Part shown: one piece after another, positions 8,514-18,596 of the stretch
Layout of the letters: every line of letters begins with the position of its first letter
How positions within the stretch are numbered: the first letter of the stretch is position 1
IMG/VR virus record: IMGVR_UViG_2528311002_000006
Span: 1 to 64,000 of that record
Direction: 5' to 3' (one strand)
DNA: 64,000 nt
From: a virus
Lineage: Duplodnaviria; Caudoviricetes
Translations under genes and position numbers: made by a program
Notes under the pieces: model-generated
What the model was told of the DNA's origin: nothing
Databases searched by the model: none
Seen by the model: the letters and a program-made list of their open reading frames with translations, nothing else

Positions 8514-8806
8514 ACCGCACCGCCCACAGCAGCCTTGGCTTTTTCGCGCAGCTCCTGCCGAGCTTGCTCATGCTTGAAATCGCGGCGCCACTTCCAGACC
8601 AGATACGCTGCCTGCAGCGCCACAAAGGCAATGGTTGCCACCACCGCCCAATCACTCAGAGGCAGCCCGCCCAGGCGCGCGGCGCCTGCAGACGCCGCGC
8701 CAGGCGTAGCTTGTATGGCTGCGACGGCAATGTCCTGCTTTTGCTCGGCACTCAAGTGCTGATGGATGCCCAGCAGCGCCAGGACTGATGCGAGTGCTCT
8801 TTTCAT
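8510..8806 (-). CDS. putative holin
   Basis: small TM protein with basic C-terminus overlapping the endolysin start. Confidence 0.75.
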   Translation of the reverse strand: MKRALASVLALLGIHQHLSAEQKQDIAVAAIQATPGAASAGAARLGGLPLSDWAVVATIAFVALQAAYLVWKWRRDFKHEQARQELREKAKAAVGGAV

Positions 8807-8812
8807 GCATGC

Positions 8813-8854
8813 ATCGTCGTGGCGCGCGCCTGAAGTCCTAAACCCTATGCAGGG
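8813..8854 (-). promoter_or_regulatory. late promoter copy 1 (holin, leaderless)
   Basis: minus strand CCCTGCATAGGG-TTTAGG-N18-GACGAT-N6-ATG. Confidence 0.8.
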
Positions 8855-8998
8855 TCAGTGGGGTGAGATTTGATGCGAAAGCAACTGTGTTTCCTGCACA
8901 TTCATGGACGTTGGTGCAGGAGCCTACGGCACGATGGAAGTTAAAGCCCCAACGTCGCGGCAGCGATGAATAGCTCATCCACCAGAGTACCGGTGGAC

Positions 8999-9739
8999 TC
9001 ATGGCCAGAGGCTCGAAACGTCATAGTTGCACAACGCCTCAAGGTCTATCAAACCATTGATCATGTCTTCATGCGCCTGGCGCGCCCCCGTGAGCTGACC
9101 TGACAAGAGACGGTAGGCCACATCCTTTGCCAGGATTCGCTGCATCAGCTCGATGCGACCCATGCCTCGCTGCGCAGCGCAAGCATCAATCCAAGGTGTG
9201 ATCGCGCCGGCACCTAAGGCAAGCGCCTGGGCCTCCCCTAGTTGAATGGGCCAGGATTCACGCTCGTATTGAGGATACGGCAGGGCTATCACGTTCATGC
9301 GGTTGACGTACTCTGCGTCCACGAGCCGCTTCAGTCTCGCCCTTTCTGAAACGACCTGCTCCTCAAGAGTTGGAACCCATTCATCCAGGCCGCCTTGCCC
9401 GTCTGATTCATCATTCGGCGAATGACTCTCAACGTGCCCCCTCGGAGGCAGCTCCACAGGGCCGTCCTTCGCAACGATGATGGGCACGGGGAAGCGTGCC
9501 GCATCGCTCGCGGCAACGCCATGCGGAAACAGAACCCTTATTGTCAACTGTCCATTGACTCGGGACACATTGCCAGAAAGCCAGGGGCAATCGATGTCAG
9601 CTTGCAGCAGCACCTCGCCGTCAGCCAAGCCACTGAAGTCGAACACCTTGCCGTTCAACGCGACCGAGTCGCCCTTAACTGCAATACTCAGTTCGTCGTC
9701 GCTGCGTATGGGGTCTAGTTCGATAATCATTTCCACCAC
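8999..9739 (-). CDS. tail fibre assembly/chaperone-like protein
   Basis: follows the fibre gene; NGKVFDFSGLADG and YPQYERESWPIQ..EA domains. Confidence 0.7.
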   Translation of the reverse strand: MVEMIIELDPIRSDDELSIAVKGDSVALNGKVFDFSGLADGEVLLQADIDCPWLSGNVSRVNGQLTIRVLFPHGVAASDAARFPVPIIVAKDGPVELPPRGHVESHSPNDESDGQGGLDEWVPTLEEQVVSERARLKRLVDAEYVNRMNVIALPYPQYERESWPIQLGEAQALALGAGAITPWIDACAAQRGMGRIELMQRILAKDVAYRLLSGQLTGARQAHEDMINGLIDLEALCNYDVSSLWP

Positions 9740-10509
9740 CCTGTCACCGCGATGTTCGCAGTGATGCTCCGTATAGTTGCATCGCCCGAGAAATGCATGA
9801 TTCCGACTGTGCAGCCGGTTGTGCCCACATCACCCAGATACTGCACGTAGCCGAAGCCCTCCGCGCATGCAAAGCTGCACTGGGCCGGCTTGCTGGTAAT
9901 GAATGTCGTGGGCAGCGTGAATGGGTACTGCGCCGCTGACGCCACGGTTGTGATCGTCTTGCGAATGTTGGCAATGACTTGCCCGTTCGAGAACTTGGTG
10001 TACGTTCCATTCGCATTGCTGCCTGTCTCCACAATGCCATTCAGGCGCTGCCAAGGGCCCCAAGCGTTGTTGCCGTATACGTTGCGATGAAATACATCCG
10101 TGGTGACGCCAGCTACCCCGGAGGCCGAATACAGCAACTGGCCCACGGCATCGCCCGTAATGCCGAACGTCAGCACAGAGCCGAACTGCACTCCCTCGGG
10201 GTAGGTTCCAGAGCCTGTTGTTGCATTGGCATTGGCCCAGCCGCGCAAAGCCCTGTTATCCAGGTTGATCACCGTGACGGGGATGTCACCCAGAATGCCG
10301 CCGTCGCCAATACGCATGACACGGCCCGCAGTGAGATCATTCACCCCAGTAGTCGCTGTGAGCAGCGCCGCGCTGCCAAGACCCAGCGCGGTTCTTGCCG
10401 TCGCAGCAGTTGTGCCCCCCGTCCCCCCGTCTGCAATCCCGATCACATCAGCAGCAGGCATCTCCTGAAGTGCCCCACTGACCAGAACCAGCGGTTTTCG
10501 CGCAGCCAT
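9727..10509 (-). CDS. tail fibre protein
   Basis: GGTGGTTAATARTALGLG, WGPWQ and ETGSNANGTYTKFSNG fibre motifs. Confidence 0.85.
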   Translation of the reverse strand: MAARKPLVLVSGALQEMPAADVIGIADGGTGGTTAATARTALGLGSAALLTATTGVNDLTAGRVMRIGDGGILGDIPVTVINLDNRALRGWANANATTGSGTYPEGVQFGSVLTFGITGDAVGQLLYSASGVAGVTTDVFHRNVYGNNAWGPWQRLNGIVETGSNANGTYTKFSNGQVIANIRKTITTVASAAQYPFTLPTTFITSKPAQCSFACAEGFGYVQYLGDVGTTGCTVGIMHFSGDATIRSITANIAVTGWWK

Positions 10510-10512
10510 CGC

Positions 10513-11190
10513 CTAAGCCAAAACGATGGGCGAGCCGGCGTTGAAATTCAGCGTAGTGGCGCTGGTGGCAAAGCCCACCCTTTGAACCACCTTGCCTGTC
10601 CCAGTGGGCGCGACATTGGTGCTCTTTCCGGCGGTGGCACCGAGAAACTGCGGGCCAGGGGTCAGCCCTGTTACCGAAGTATTCGTGCCCTCGAAATAAA
10701 CAGTGGCAGTCGCGCCGGACGCGAAGCCAGTCAGCACGAAGCCATGTGCCTCCTTGCCGGCAGTCGCAGGATCGGCCTTGCGCACCTTGGCACCGGAGCT
10801 GTTCCATATATTGACCAGATCGCCAGCCACTAGCGCCTCAGAAGCGGCAATCAGTGCCGTATCAGCACCCACGCCCACCGGCAGCATCGTCGTATCCAGC
10901 CGACCCGAGCTATCCAGCTGGGCCAGCTTTCCAGCATCAGCTGCACCAGCCGATGCCGCAGCACCATTTAAAACAGCTGGATCAATAATCCCGGACGCAG
11001 TCATTTTTACGACCTTGTTGGGGCTACTGGCGGCACTGGCATTGAGAATGCTGTCGTCCAGGATGCCGTTGGCATTGAGAGCAGGAATGGCATTGGCATC
11101 AGCAGCACCCGCGCTCGTCGTCAGCGCGGCCTCTTCCGTCAGAGTGCCACTGTTGTTCTTGATGAATTTCTTGGTCGATGCGTTCCCCAT
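10513..11190 (-). CDS. virion structural protein with three internal repeats
   Basis: repeats SAGAADA..IP/LA.L..nG.LD; C-terminal ASEALVAGDLV...QRVGFATS domain. Confidence 0.75.
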   Translation of the reverse strand: MGNASTKKFIKNNSGTLTEEAALTTSAGAADANAIPALNANGILDDSILNASAASSPNKVVKMTASGIIDPAVLNGAAASAGAADAGKLAQLDSSGRLDTTMLPVGVGADTALIAASEALVAGDLVNIWNSSGAKVRKADPATAGKEAHGFVLTGFASGATATVYFEGTNTSVTGLTPGPQFLGATAGKSTNVAPTGTGKVVQRVGFATSATTLNFNAGSPIVLA

Positions 11191-11202
11191 GAGGAATACT
11201 CC

Positions 11203-11784
11203 TTATATAACAATGGGTTGCTTGATGGACAGAAGCGCTGACGTGCTCGACGTTGCGATCGCTACCACCAGCTGATACCCGGTGTCGGGTGGCTGCTGCG
11301 TCAACACGCCATCCAGTCCCACAAAAATCGGCAAGTCCTGCGTCCAGCTCCACGACGGCTCGATCACTTCGCCCGAATTCGCCACGTTGATAGGGGCTCC
11401 ATCCTCGGCAGCGTGCAGGCTCAGGCCCAGAACCGACATGGCGCCGGTCACATCGCGCGAATCGGCGTACTTCACAAGGCCCGAAAACGCAGCGCAGACG
11501 GCGCGATGCCCACCGATGGGCCCACTGGCTTTGAACGTCACATATGAGACGCCGGCTTGGCCTGGTGCACCCGGCGGCCCCGGTGGCCCCTGCTGTGCCT
11601 CAGTCAATATCACCAGCTCTGGTACAGTCTCATGGAGCGTGTTGTCCTGAACGACCTCAAGCACTTCGAGCTGCTCGATCGGAACCTCCAAGAGGTCGTT
11701 ACCGCCCTTGGGCTCAAGCAAAACTACGCTCTGCACCTGCTCGAGTAGCAGGTGCTCTTGAGGAACCTCAAGCAAATCAGCCAC
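11203..11784 (-). CDS. virion protein with short collagen-like motif
   Basis: QGPPGPPGAPGQAG; C-terminal domain similar to the neighbouring gene. Confidence 0.75.
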   Translation of the reverse strand: MADLLEVPQEHLLLEQVQSVVLLEPKGGNDLLEVPIEQLEVLEVVQDNTLHETVPELVILTEAQQGPPGPPGAPGQAGVSYVTFKASGPIGGHRAVCAAFSGLVKYADSRDVTGAMSVLGLSLHAAEDGAPINVANSGEVIEPSWSWTQDLPIFVGLDGVLTQQPPDTGYQLVVAIATSSTSALLSIKQPIVI

Positions 11785-12139
11785 GAGTCACCTCCGGCGA
11801 TACAGCAACACTGCCTGCAAAGCGGCGTACTACGGTGCCATTCGGGAATTCGATTTCCAGGTCGTAAACGGCAGCAGACCACTGAAGGGCTGCAGTGTCG
11901 GTGGCTGTGATCAGAATGCGGATTTCGCCCGTAGGGCCGCCCAATACAATGCGTCCGTTCTCCGTAGTCAGCTCGAGCAGCACCGTCTCGCTTTCCACAG
12001 TCTCACGAAACTGAGAGCGAGCCTTGCAGCCGGTCAGATCCACTGGAACGGATTGAACCTTTGTGCCCGTCTTCCAAGTGATGGTCTTGTCGAACGTGGC
12101 TCCCTGGTCGATTTCGAGTTTGACTTTATGGGCAGACAT
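11777..12139 (-). CDS. tail/baseplate adaptor-like protein
   Basis: IDQGATF...VDLTG..ARSQFR...AVYDLEI...SPEVTR. Confidence 0.75.
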   Translation of the reverse strand: MSAHKVKLEIDQGATFDKTITWKTGTKVQSVPVDLTGCKARSQFRETVESETVLLELTTENGRIVLGGPTGEIRILITATDTAALQWSAAVYDLEIEFPNGTVVRRFAGSVAVSPEVTRG

Positions 12140-12146
12140 GGGCGGC

Positions 12147-12188
12147 AGTGTGTTACTTGGCCACCCACCTGTCGAACCCTACACAGGG
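12147..12188 (-). promoter_or_regulatory. late promoter copy 2 (leaderless)
   Basis: minus strand CCCTGTGTAGGG-TTCGAC-N18-CACACT-N7-ATG. Confidence 0.75.
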
Positions 12189-12197
12189 GCGCCGACT

Positions 12198-14018
12198 TTA
12201 TTGGTTCAGCGAGCCGCTGTAACTCCAGCTGGAGCCCCCAGTGATACCAGCCGAAGCCGATACCATGCTCCAGGCGCTGGCCACACGCTGCGCCGAAGTC
12301 GTGAGGCCAATCTTGGCCGCCTCCAAACGGACTGCATTGCTCTGGAGCGCGACGTCCGCATTGAGCTTGGCTGTCTGCAGGCTGATATTGCTGCCAGCCT
12401 CGTACTGCTTGATGTCTGCCTCCCAGCGGCGCATATAGCTGGCGGCCTTGGCCTCGATGGCACTGGCGCTTACACGGTAGCCGTCCACCAGAATGGCGGA
12501 CTGCTTGGCTGCGGCATCCATCTTGGCCACTTCGGCCGACAGGCGAGCCTTCCAGCCATCCCACTCCAGGCCCTTGGCGGCAATCTTGGCCTGGGCCTGG
12601 GCAATAGCCACCCGGGCACGCTCGGCCTGTGCGCCGGCAAAGGCGCTATACGCCTGCACCTGGGATTTATAGGCATCCTGCTTTATGGCCTCGCCCTGGG
12701 CCCGGGCCTTGTAGAGTTCTACCTTGGAAGTCTCGGCATTGAGGGTCGCCACAAAGGCGCGGATCGCTTCGCCGCCGGCTTGAATGCGCGTCTGCTCCAG
12801 GCTCACCAGCGTCTGGGCTGCCTGCACGCGGGTCTTGTAGATCTCCACGGCCGCCATGCGCCCATCAATCTCGGCCTTGTAGCGCGCCACCAGCGACTGA
12901 TTGATCTCCGCCTTGGTCTGCTCGGCCTGCAGCATGGCCTTGTAGACCTCGACCTTGTTCATTTCCGCCTTGATGACGGTTTCATAGGCCATGGCATAGG
13001 TGCGGTAGCCGTCCAGTAGTGCCTTGAACCGCTCAAGCGCCGCGTTATGGGTCGCAATGCCATGGTCGGCCGTCGCCTTGGCTGCTTCAAACGACAAGCG
13101 ATCCAGCTGCATGGCCTGATCCATCAACTGGCCTTCAAGAGCCAACCCCTGGGAGATAGCATCCTTGACGTTGGCCTGTTCCAGCTCGGCCTGCTTGATG
13201 GCGATATCGCGCGACAGGCCGGAGAGCTTGTCATGAAACTCGCGCCGGGCATCGGCCAGCTGGCCGACCAGCACCCCGGACGGCAGCGGAAAGCCCAATG
13301 CCTCGGCCGCACGCATCACCTCATGCTCACGCGCCAGCGCCACCTGGGTTTCACGGTCACGCGAACGATCCCAGATGGCTTGCTCCACTGCAGGACTCAG
13401 GCCAGTACCCCCTTGAATCCGGGCAGCAAGCAAGGCCTTGAGGTTGTTCAAAAGGTCAGAGGCATAGCCTGGCGCGCGCTTGAACTCAAAGGGCGCCGGC
13501 TCCAGCAGCTGCAGCTCTGGCATGTCGTCCAGCTTGTCCAGCCAGTCCTCGTGCAGATTCACGCCGCCAAACTGGTGCGTGGTCAGCGCCAGAAAGTCCG
13601 GCGCATCGGGCAGGCTCACATCGGGCGCATCGGGAATGGCCACCTCCCGCATCTGGGGCAAGGCCGGGGCCTGGCCAATCACCAGCTCAGGCGCGGCGCC
13701 AAAGTCCATGGCCGGCGGCAGCAGATCAAAGCCGGGCACCTCCACATCGGGCAGGCTGGCCAGATCCAGATCGCCTGGCATATTGCCCGGCGCGGCAAAG
13801 CCTACCTTGGGCAGCTCGGGCAAGTCCAGCACTTCTGGCAAGGCTGGCGCCGCAATCGTTCCCCAGCGCACGCTGATGGTGGGGGTCGGTAGCACCAGGT
13901 TGTTGAAAGCGTCCTGCATGGACTTGGACTCGCGCAAGGCCTGATCGGCCATATTGATCGAGCGTTGGTACTTGTCCTGAACAATCTCGGCCGGGCCGTT
14001 GAAATCAAACTCTGCCAT
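12198..14018 (-). CDS. 606-aa virion protein with long coiled coil
   Basis: Pro-rich N-terminus, A/Q/E/K helical C-terminus; in the tail operon. Confidence 0.8.
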   Translation of the reverse strand: MAEFDFNGPAEIVQDKYQRSINMADQALRESKSMQDAFNNLVLPTPTISVRWGTIAAPALPEVLDLPELPKVGFAAPGNMPGDLDLASLPDVEVPGFDLLPPAMDFGAAPELVIGQAPALPQMREVAIPDAPDVSLPDAPDFLALTTHQFGGVNLHEDWLDKLDDMPELQLLEPAPFEFKRAPGYASDLLNNLKALLAARIQGGTGLSPAVEQAIWDRSRDRETQVALAREHEVMRAAEALGFPLPSGVLVGQLADARREFHDKLSGLSRDIAIKQAELEQANVKDAISQGLALEGQLMDQAMQLDRLSFEAAKATADHGIATHNAALERFKALLDGYRTYAMAYETVIKAEMNKVEVYKAMLQAEQTKAEINQSLVARYKAEIDGRMAAVEIYKTRVQAAQTLVSLEQTRIQAGGEAIRAFVATLNAETSKVELYKARAQGEAIKQDAYKSQVQAYSAFAGAQAERARVAIAQAQAKIAAKGLEWDGWKARLSAEVAKMDAAAKQSAILVDGYRVSASAIEAKAASYMRRWEADIKQYEAGSNISLQTAKLNADVALQSNAVRLEAAKIGLTTSAQRVASAWSMVSASAGITGGSSWSYSGSLNQ

Positions 14019-14019
14019 C

Positions 14020-14451
14020 TCAAACTCTCCTTGTCTTGGACTTGACGCTCATCACCTCGACACGATCCAGCGTGAAGGCCTGTCCATCGGGGGTGCTCAG
14101 GCCGAAGCCCAGATAGTTCTCGCGGATGCCCTTGCCCACCGGGCAGCGCGTCTGGTCGCTCTCGCGTAGCGGAAAGGGGTAGCTCCAGCTCTGGCCGGGC
14201 CCAAACACCGTGAACCGGGCTTCGCCCTGGCCGCGCATGGACAGATAGACCATGGCAATCTGCTGCTTAAGGGTGTTCTCGCGCAGCGTGGCTGGCAGTC
14301 GCAGCTCGGTCGTGATCGGCAGACCTGCATCGTTGTCGCCGCCAAAGGCAAACAGGCCATCCACACCCGCACAGTGCGTGGTGGTCACGCTATCAAAATC
14401 ATGGCGCGTGTACTCGCTGACGGCGCCGCTCAGGGTGTTGCAGATCATCAT
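14020..14451 (-). CDS. phage tail-region protein
   Basis: tightly packed ORF in the operon. Confidence 0.75.
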   Translation of the reverse strand: MMICNTLSGAVSEYTRHDFDSVTTTHCAGVDGLFAFGGDNDAGLPITTELRLPATLRENTLKQQIAMVYLSMRGQGEARFTVFGPGQSWSYPFPLRESDQTRCPVGKGIRENYLGFGLSTPDGQAFTLDRVEVMSVKSKTRRV

Positions 14452-14459
14452 GGTGGTGC

Positions 14460-16742
14460 TCAGAAGGGATAGAAATCAAGCGCCTCCAGGCCGGGCGGCC
14501 AGGGCAGAACGCCGCGGGCGTCACGCACCCCTGCGGCTTTGTCGATCAGGAACGCGCGCCCAGCGACGCGCAGCAGCATGGCACCGGTTTCGGGGCACTT
14601 GGCATGCTTGGCAGAGATCCCTTGGCTCCGGAGTTGGGCATAAACCTGCACCAGAGATACGTCTGTGTCCGCCACAAAATCGACGTTCGATTCAAAGCTG
14701 TCTTTGGGCATCGGCCAGATCGGCTCACCTGTCCCAAAGTAAAAGCTGCCATCGCCAAAAACCAGCTTGCCGCTTTTGCTGATCGCCCTGCCGATATTGG
14801 CGTAGCCCGTGGTGTCATACAGCGGCTCGGTGCCCGAGCCTACATCCCAGGAGATGCGCTGATCACGATAGACAATCCAGACCTTCTGGGTATGAAAGGG
14901 CAGCTCAGTCGATGGGATGTAAACATCTGCCGCACCTTCTCTGAGGCTGTCGTGGCTTTCGCTGGACTGATGCTCGAGGGTGACGATGGTTTCTAAATAG
15001 ACCGTCAAGCCCATCAATGGATCTCGCAGAAGCACCTCTCGCTGCTCCACCCGAGATCGGTAGGTCGTCGTGGAGCTGTATTGTTCTGTGGTGTTGAGCC
15101 GGCTAGGATTTAGAAGATCTCTGAAGAAATCCCCGTCGTTCACCGCCTCGACACTGACCAATAAGATATCCAGCACAAGACCATCCATATACCTTCGAGT
15201 AGTGCGCTCCAGCCCCTTGACGTCCGTGTGGAACGTCCCGTAGGTCTGGTTCTTGCGCTCGCTGTCCGCCAGGATGACGTCACCGACCATGGGGTAGGCG
15301 CCCTTGGGCAGCCAAACAGATGTCGCAATTTCGGAAGTAGCGGGCCTGCTTAGCTTTTGCAGATAGCTTTGCGTGTACTCCTCGGTAAAGGTTCTCAGAT
15401 TGCCCGAGCTATCGACCCCTTCCAGATAGACGGTCTTGCTTTTGTCGTCCTTTTTGAGAGTGACCCGGAAGGTATTCGAATTGTTCGCCTCCAAGCGCCA
15501 GAGATTGTCCCTCGAGTCATCTTCGCTGACCAGTTCCACCGAAGTAATGAGATTCAACGGGCTCCAGACTTGATCCTGCACGCTCAAGCCAAACCTGCGC
15601 GACACATAGATGTCGTCGCCCCTGAGCTCCACCACTTTTGAAGTACCGCTGGAATCCACGGTACCAATGGGAACGGCCTGCTGCAGCGTATAGCCGCCCT
15701 CGCCCGCTTTGTATTTCTGCGCCAGTATTTCCTCGACGTGATAGGTGGCCGGCATGGTGAATGGCTCACCCACATAGGTTTGAAGCTTGGTGGAGTCGCT
15801 GCCGCCATTGATCGGTTGAACGAACGGCCAGGAACTAAGACCCGCCCAATAGCGCTTGTCGTCAACATGCTTGTCCGGGCCGTCGTAGGGGCCCTCGATC
15901 CAGGATTTGGTCGCGCCGGTTCTTCTGCGAATGGCGGCGGCCAGATACTCGCCTCCCTCCGAACAGGTGAAGTAAGGGTTGCCGGGCAAGGGCAATCTCT
16001 CCGGGCCCACCACCCCCTCGGCCAGCAACTGGGTGAAAGTGACGACCGTGATGGGCGTCTTTATGGGCGGCTTTCCGCCAAACACGGGTGGAACCACCTC
16101 CGTGATCTTCTTCACAGACATGAACTGCTGTATGTACGGGCTACCGAACTCGATGGCCACGAACAGCGCTTTGCCTGCCTGGGTGATAAACGACAAGCTT
16201 CCCCAGGGCGCTTCATAGACGCCGGGGTGGCCATAGCGGCCCAAGCCCCGGTCGCGGTAGGCATACTTCCAGTCGCCCGGAATCCGCATCGCATCCAGGC
16301 GCAAATTTCTCAGCTCGATCAGACCGCTTGCGTTGTCTTTCTGGGAGTCGGTAATGTCCCGGAACCCCCACTTGGCAGTGGACTCTCCGGCGGCGCTGGG
16401 GGTGTTGGTCAGCAGCCAGATACGCCCTGCACTGTTCTTGTCAAACACCACCCCGCTGTTTCCCGTGCCCATGGGAGTCGTGGCTTGGGGCCAGATCTGC
16501 ATCACCGCCTGCGGGCCCAGCACATCGATACGATAAGGGGTTCCATCGACAAGCCTTCCGAGCTCGCTGGGATTGGGCACCTTGGACAGTCGCACCTTGG
16601 CGCAGAACTTCGCATAGGTCGCCTGCGCCAAGGCGCGCTGCAGCTCCGATGCATCACCCCCCTGGGGTCTCAAGGCGGGTGGCGCGGAAAGCGGCAGCGC
16701 ATCGCCCAGCACGCCAAAGGCAAAGGGGTTGAACAGGTTCAT
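14460..16742 (-). CDS. 760-aa tail-region protein
   Basis: long ORF with 4-nt overlap to the upstream gene. Confidence 0.8.
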   Translation of the reverse strand: MNLFNPFAFGVLGDALPLSAPPALRPQGGDASELQRALAQATYAKFCAKVRLSKVPNPSELGRLVDGTPYRIDVLGPQAVMQIWPQATTPMGTGNSGVVFDKNSAGRIWLLTNTPSAAGESTAKWGFRDITDSQKDNASGLIELRNLRLDAMRIPGDWKYAYRDRGLGRYGHPGVYEAPWGSLSFITQAGKALFVAIEFGSPYIQQFMSVKKITEVVPPVFGGKPPIKTPITVVTFTQLLAEGVVGPERLPLPGNPYFTCSEGGEYLAAAIRRRTGATKSWIEGPYDGPDKHVDDKRYWAGLSSWPFVQPINGGSDSTKLQTYVGEPFTMPATYHVEEILAQKYKAGEGGYTLQQAVPIGTVDSSGTSKVVELRGDDIYVSRRFGLSVQDQVWSPLNLITSVELVSEDDSRDNLWRLEANNSNTFRVTLKKDDKSKTVYLEGVDSSGNLRTFTEEYTQSYLQKLSRPATSEIATSVWLPKGAYPMVGDVILADSERKNQTYGTFHTDVKGLERTTRRYMDGLVLDILLVSVEAVNDGDFFRDLLNPSRLNTTEQYSSTTTYRSRVEQREVLLRDPLMGLTVYLETIVTLEHQSSESHDSLREGAADVYIPSTELPFHTQKVWIVYRDQRISWDVGSGTEPLYDTTGYANIGRAISKSGKLVFGDGSFYFGTGEPIWPMPKDSFESNVDFVADTDVSLVQVYAQLRSQGISAKHAKCPETGAMLLRVAGRAFLIDKAAGVRDARGVLPWPPGLEALDFYPF

Positions 16743-17905
16743 CGCTCCACCGCCATGTACTGGGGAATGCCGTTCACCTCACGGAATGCCGCGCTCACCT
16801 CCTTGGCTGGGGTCTTGAAGCGGTTGGCCGTCAGGCTGGTCGTCTGCCCGCCATCAAAGCCGGCCACCACCTCGCCGCCGGCAATGCACAGCATGGCCGC
16901 GCCCGCTCCGGTACCGTCGCCCAGCGCCAGCCGATGGCCCGGCGCTGCGATACCCGAGCCCAGCACCACCGGGCCGCGTTGGGTCGCGGTGTAGATCAGA
17001 CCGTCGAAAGTCTCCCCGCCCAGGAAAATCAGATCCTGGGTCGTGCCCACATAGATCCCCGTGTCCACCGGCACCAAGGCGGTGATGTCAGCGGTCATGG
17101 GCTTGAAGTCGCGCCAGTCACTCAGATGCGGCACGGCCGGGCGGCTGGCCCACAGCACCTTGCCCTGGGCCACCAGCACACGGCCGCGCCAGAAAGCCAT
17201 CAGCGTTCCATCAGGCAGCACCCTGGCACCCAGCGTGCGGGCCGGCAGCACCAGCGCGCTATTGCGCCCGCCAACTTCAAAGCTGCGCTCTGTGGCGGTA
17301 CCGGCGAAGAACATGCCTTCGCCGTCGCGCCCGCTCAGGTAGACATTGAGGGCATGGCCCGGCAGCTGCGGCAGCCCATCCAGGCGCAGGCCGCCCTGCA
17401 GCACCGCCACCGGCTCGGACACCAACACCGGCCCCTCGGCTCGGTCGCTCAGGCGCACATGGCTCAGGCCATAGCGGTACTGCCCGGGCTCCAGCTCGCC
17501 AAACGCAAAATCCAGGGCCCCCAGAGAGGCAGGCTCCGGCACCGTGAGCATCTGGGCCGTCACCCCATCCGTAATGCCGCGCTGCAACCCCGTCGAAAAC
17601 AGCGTGCGCCCATCGGGTAGATTGCAGTACCAGACGCGCTCGGGGCCGATATTCGGCCAAAGCTCCGTGGTACCCCCAGCCGCTGCAATCGAAACCAGCG
17701 CGCCCTCGGTAGTTGCCAGCTGAAAGCCTGCGGCCTGCCATAGGTTCTTGTGGCAAACCTCGGACAGGCGTGTGAAGCCGCCGCGGCGCGATACCTCGCC
17801 ATCCAGGCCAATGTCCACATCCTTGGCGGCCAGCAGGTCGGAAGCCTTCAGGCGATGCTCGGGCTGCACATTGTTGATACCGGTAAAGCTCTTGAAAGTC
17901 AGCAT
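16739..17905 (-). CDS. tail tubular/stabilisation-like protein
   Basis: FTGINNV...DVDI..DG.VSRRGG N-terminus; beta-rich. Confidence 0.7.
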   Translation of the reverse strand: MLTFKSFTGINNVQPEHRLKASDLLAAKDVDIGLDGEVSRRGGFTRLSEVCHKNLWQAAGFQLATTEGALVSIAAAGGTTELWPNIGPERVWYCNLPDGRTLFSTGLQRGITDGVTAQMLTVPEPASLGALDFAFGELEPGQYRYGLSHVRLSDRAEGPVLVSEPVAVLQGGLRLDGLPQLPGHALNVYLSGRDGEGMFFAGTATERSFEVGGRNSALVLPARTLGARVLPDGTLMAFWRGRVLVAQGKVLWASRPAVPHLSDWRDFKPMTADITALVPVDTGIYVGTTQDLIFLGGETFDGLIYTATQRGPVVLGSGIAAPGHRLALGDGTGAGAAMLCIAGGEVVAGFDGGQTTSLTANRFKTPAKEVSAAFREVNGIPQYMAVER

Positions 17906-18594
17906 TGATGAGTCCTTTCAACCCTCGGGCGCCCCAGCTCCAGCGCCAGGCTCTGCCGGGCCCGGGCCGTATATCCCAATGAGCGCGTTGCGCCGAGCGC
18001 GAGTGCCTGTACGCCATCGGCTGCTTCGCAAACCACCACACCTTGAATGGCTGCGGCGCGCCCAGCCACGGCCATGGGGATACCGTTCAACACCGTCAGC
18101 CCTAGCCCAGATTGAGCAGTCCCAAATACCATGGCACCGCGCCCGGCCGCATTCGCAAGCGTGGACAGCGAGGGGCTGCCCAGTGTGAGCGCGCCGGCGC
18201 CTGCCGCCCTGGCTCCATCCGTGCGGCCCGGCTGGCCAATACGCAAGGCGCCAGTTCCTGCAGCTCTCACAGACGTCGAGCCGGCCACCGAAGGTGTACC
18301 CAATCGCATGGCACGCTGGCCCTGCACCGACAACACAACCGAAGCCGGCGGTTGAGCCACAAAGACCTGATGCGTGCCAGCGACTGCCATGCCAATGCCC
18401 CATGGCGCCAGATCCGTGTCACTGCCGCTGACCGCCTTGGGCGTGCCAATGGCAAACGCATCACGCCCTTGCACCCATTGGGTCATCACCGCGCTGGCGC
18501 CAAGAGACAGCACCATGGAAATGCCCTTGGTGCTCCCATCGTCCCCCTGCGCTTGTGCGTTGATGGCTGCGCCGTTGATCAGCGGGTATGCCAT
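17899..18594 (-). CDS. Gly/Ala-rich virion protein with GxP repeats
   Basis: repeated (I/L)GTP, IGQP, LGSP units. Confidence 0.7.
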   Translation of the reverse strand: MAYPLINGAAINAQAQGDDGSTKGISMVLSLGASAVMTQWVQGRDAFAIGTPKAVSGSDTDLAPWGIGMAVAGTHQVFVAQPPASVVLSVQGQRAMRLGTPSVAGSTSVRAAGTGALRIGQPGRTDGARAAGAGALTLGSPSLSTLANAAGRGAMVFGTAQSGLGLTVLNGIPMAVAGRAAAIQGVVVCEAADGVQALALGATRSLGYTARARQSLALELGRPRVERTHQC

Positions 18595-18596
18595 GC

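Noticed and set aside
8999-16742. Diversity-generating retroelement or invertible tail-fibre cassette
   Set aside because: No reverse transcriptase, template/variable repeat pair or invertase seen.
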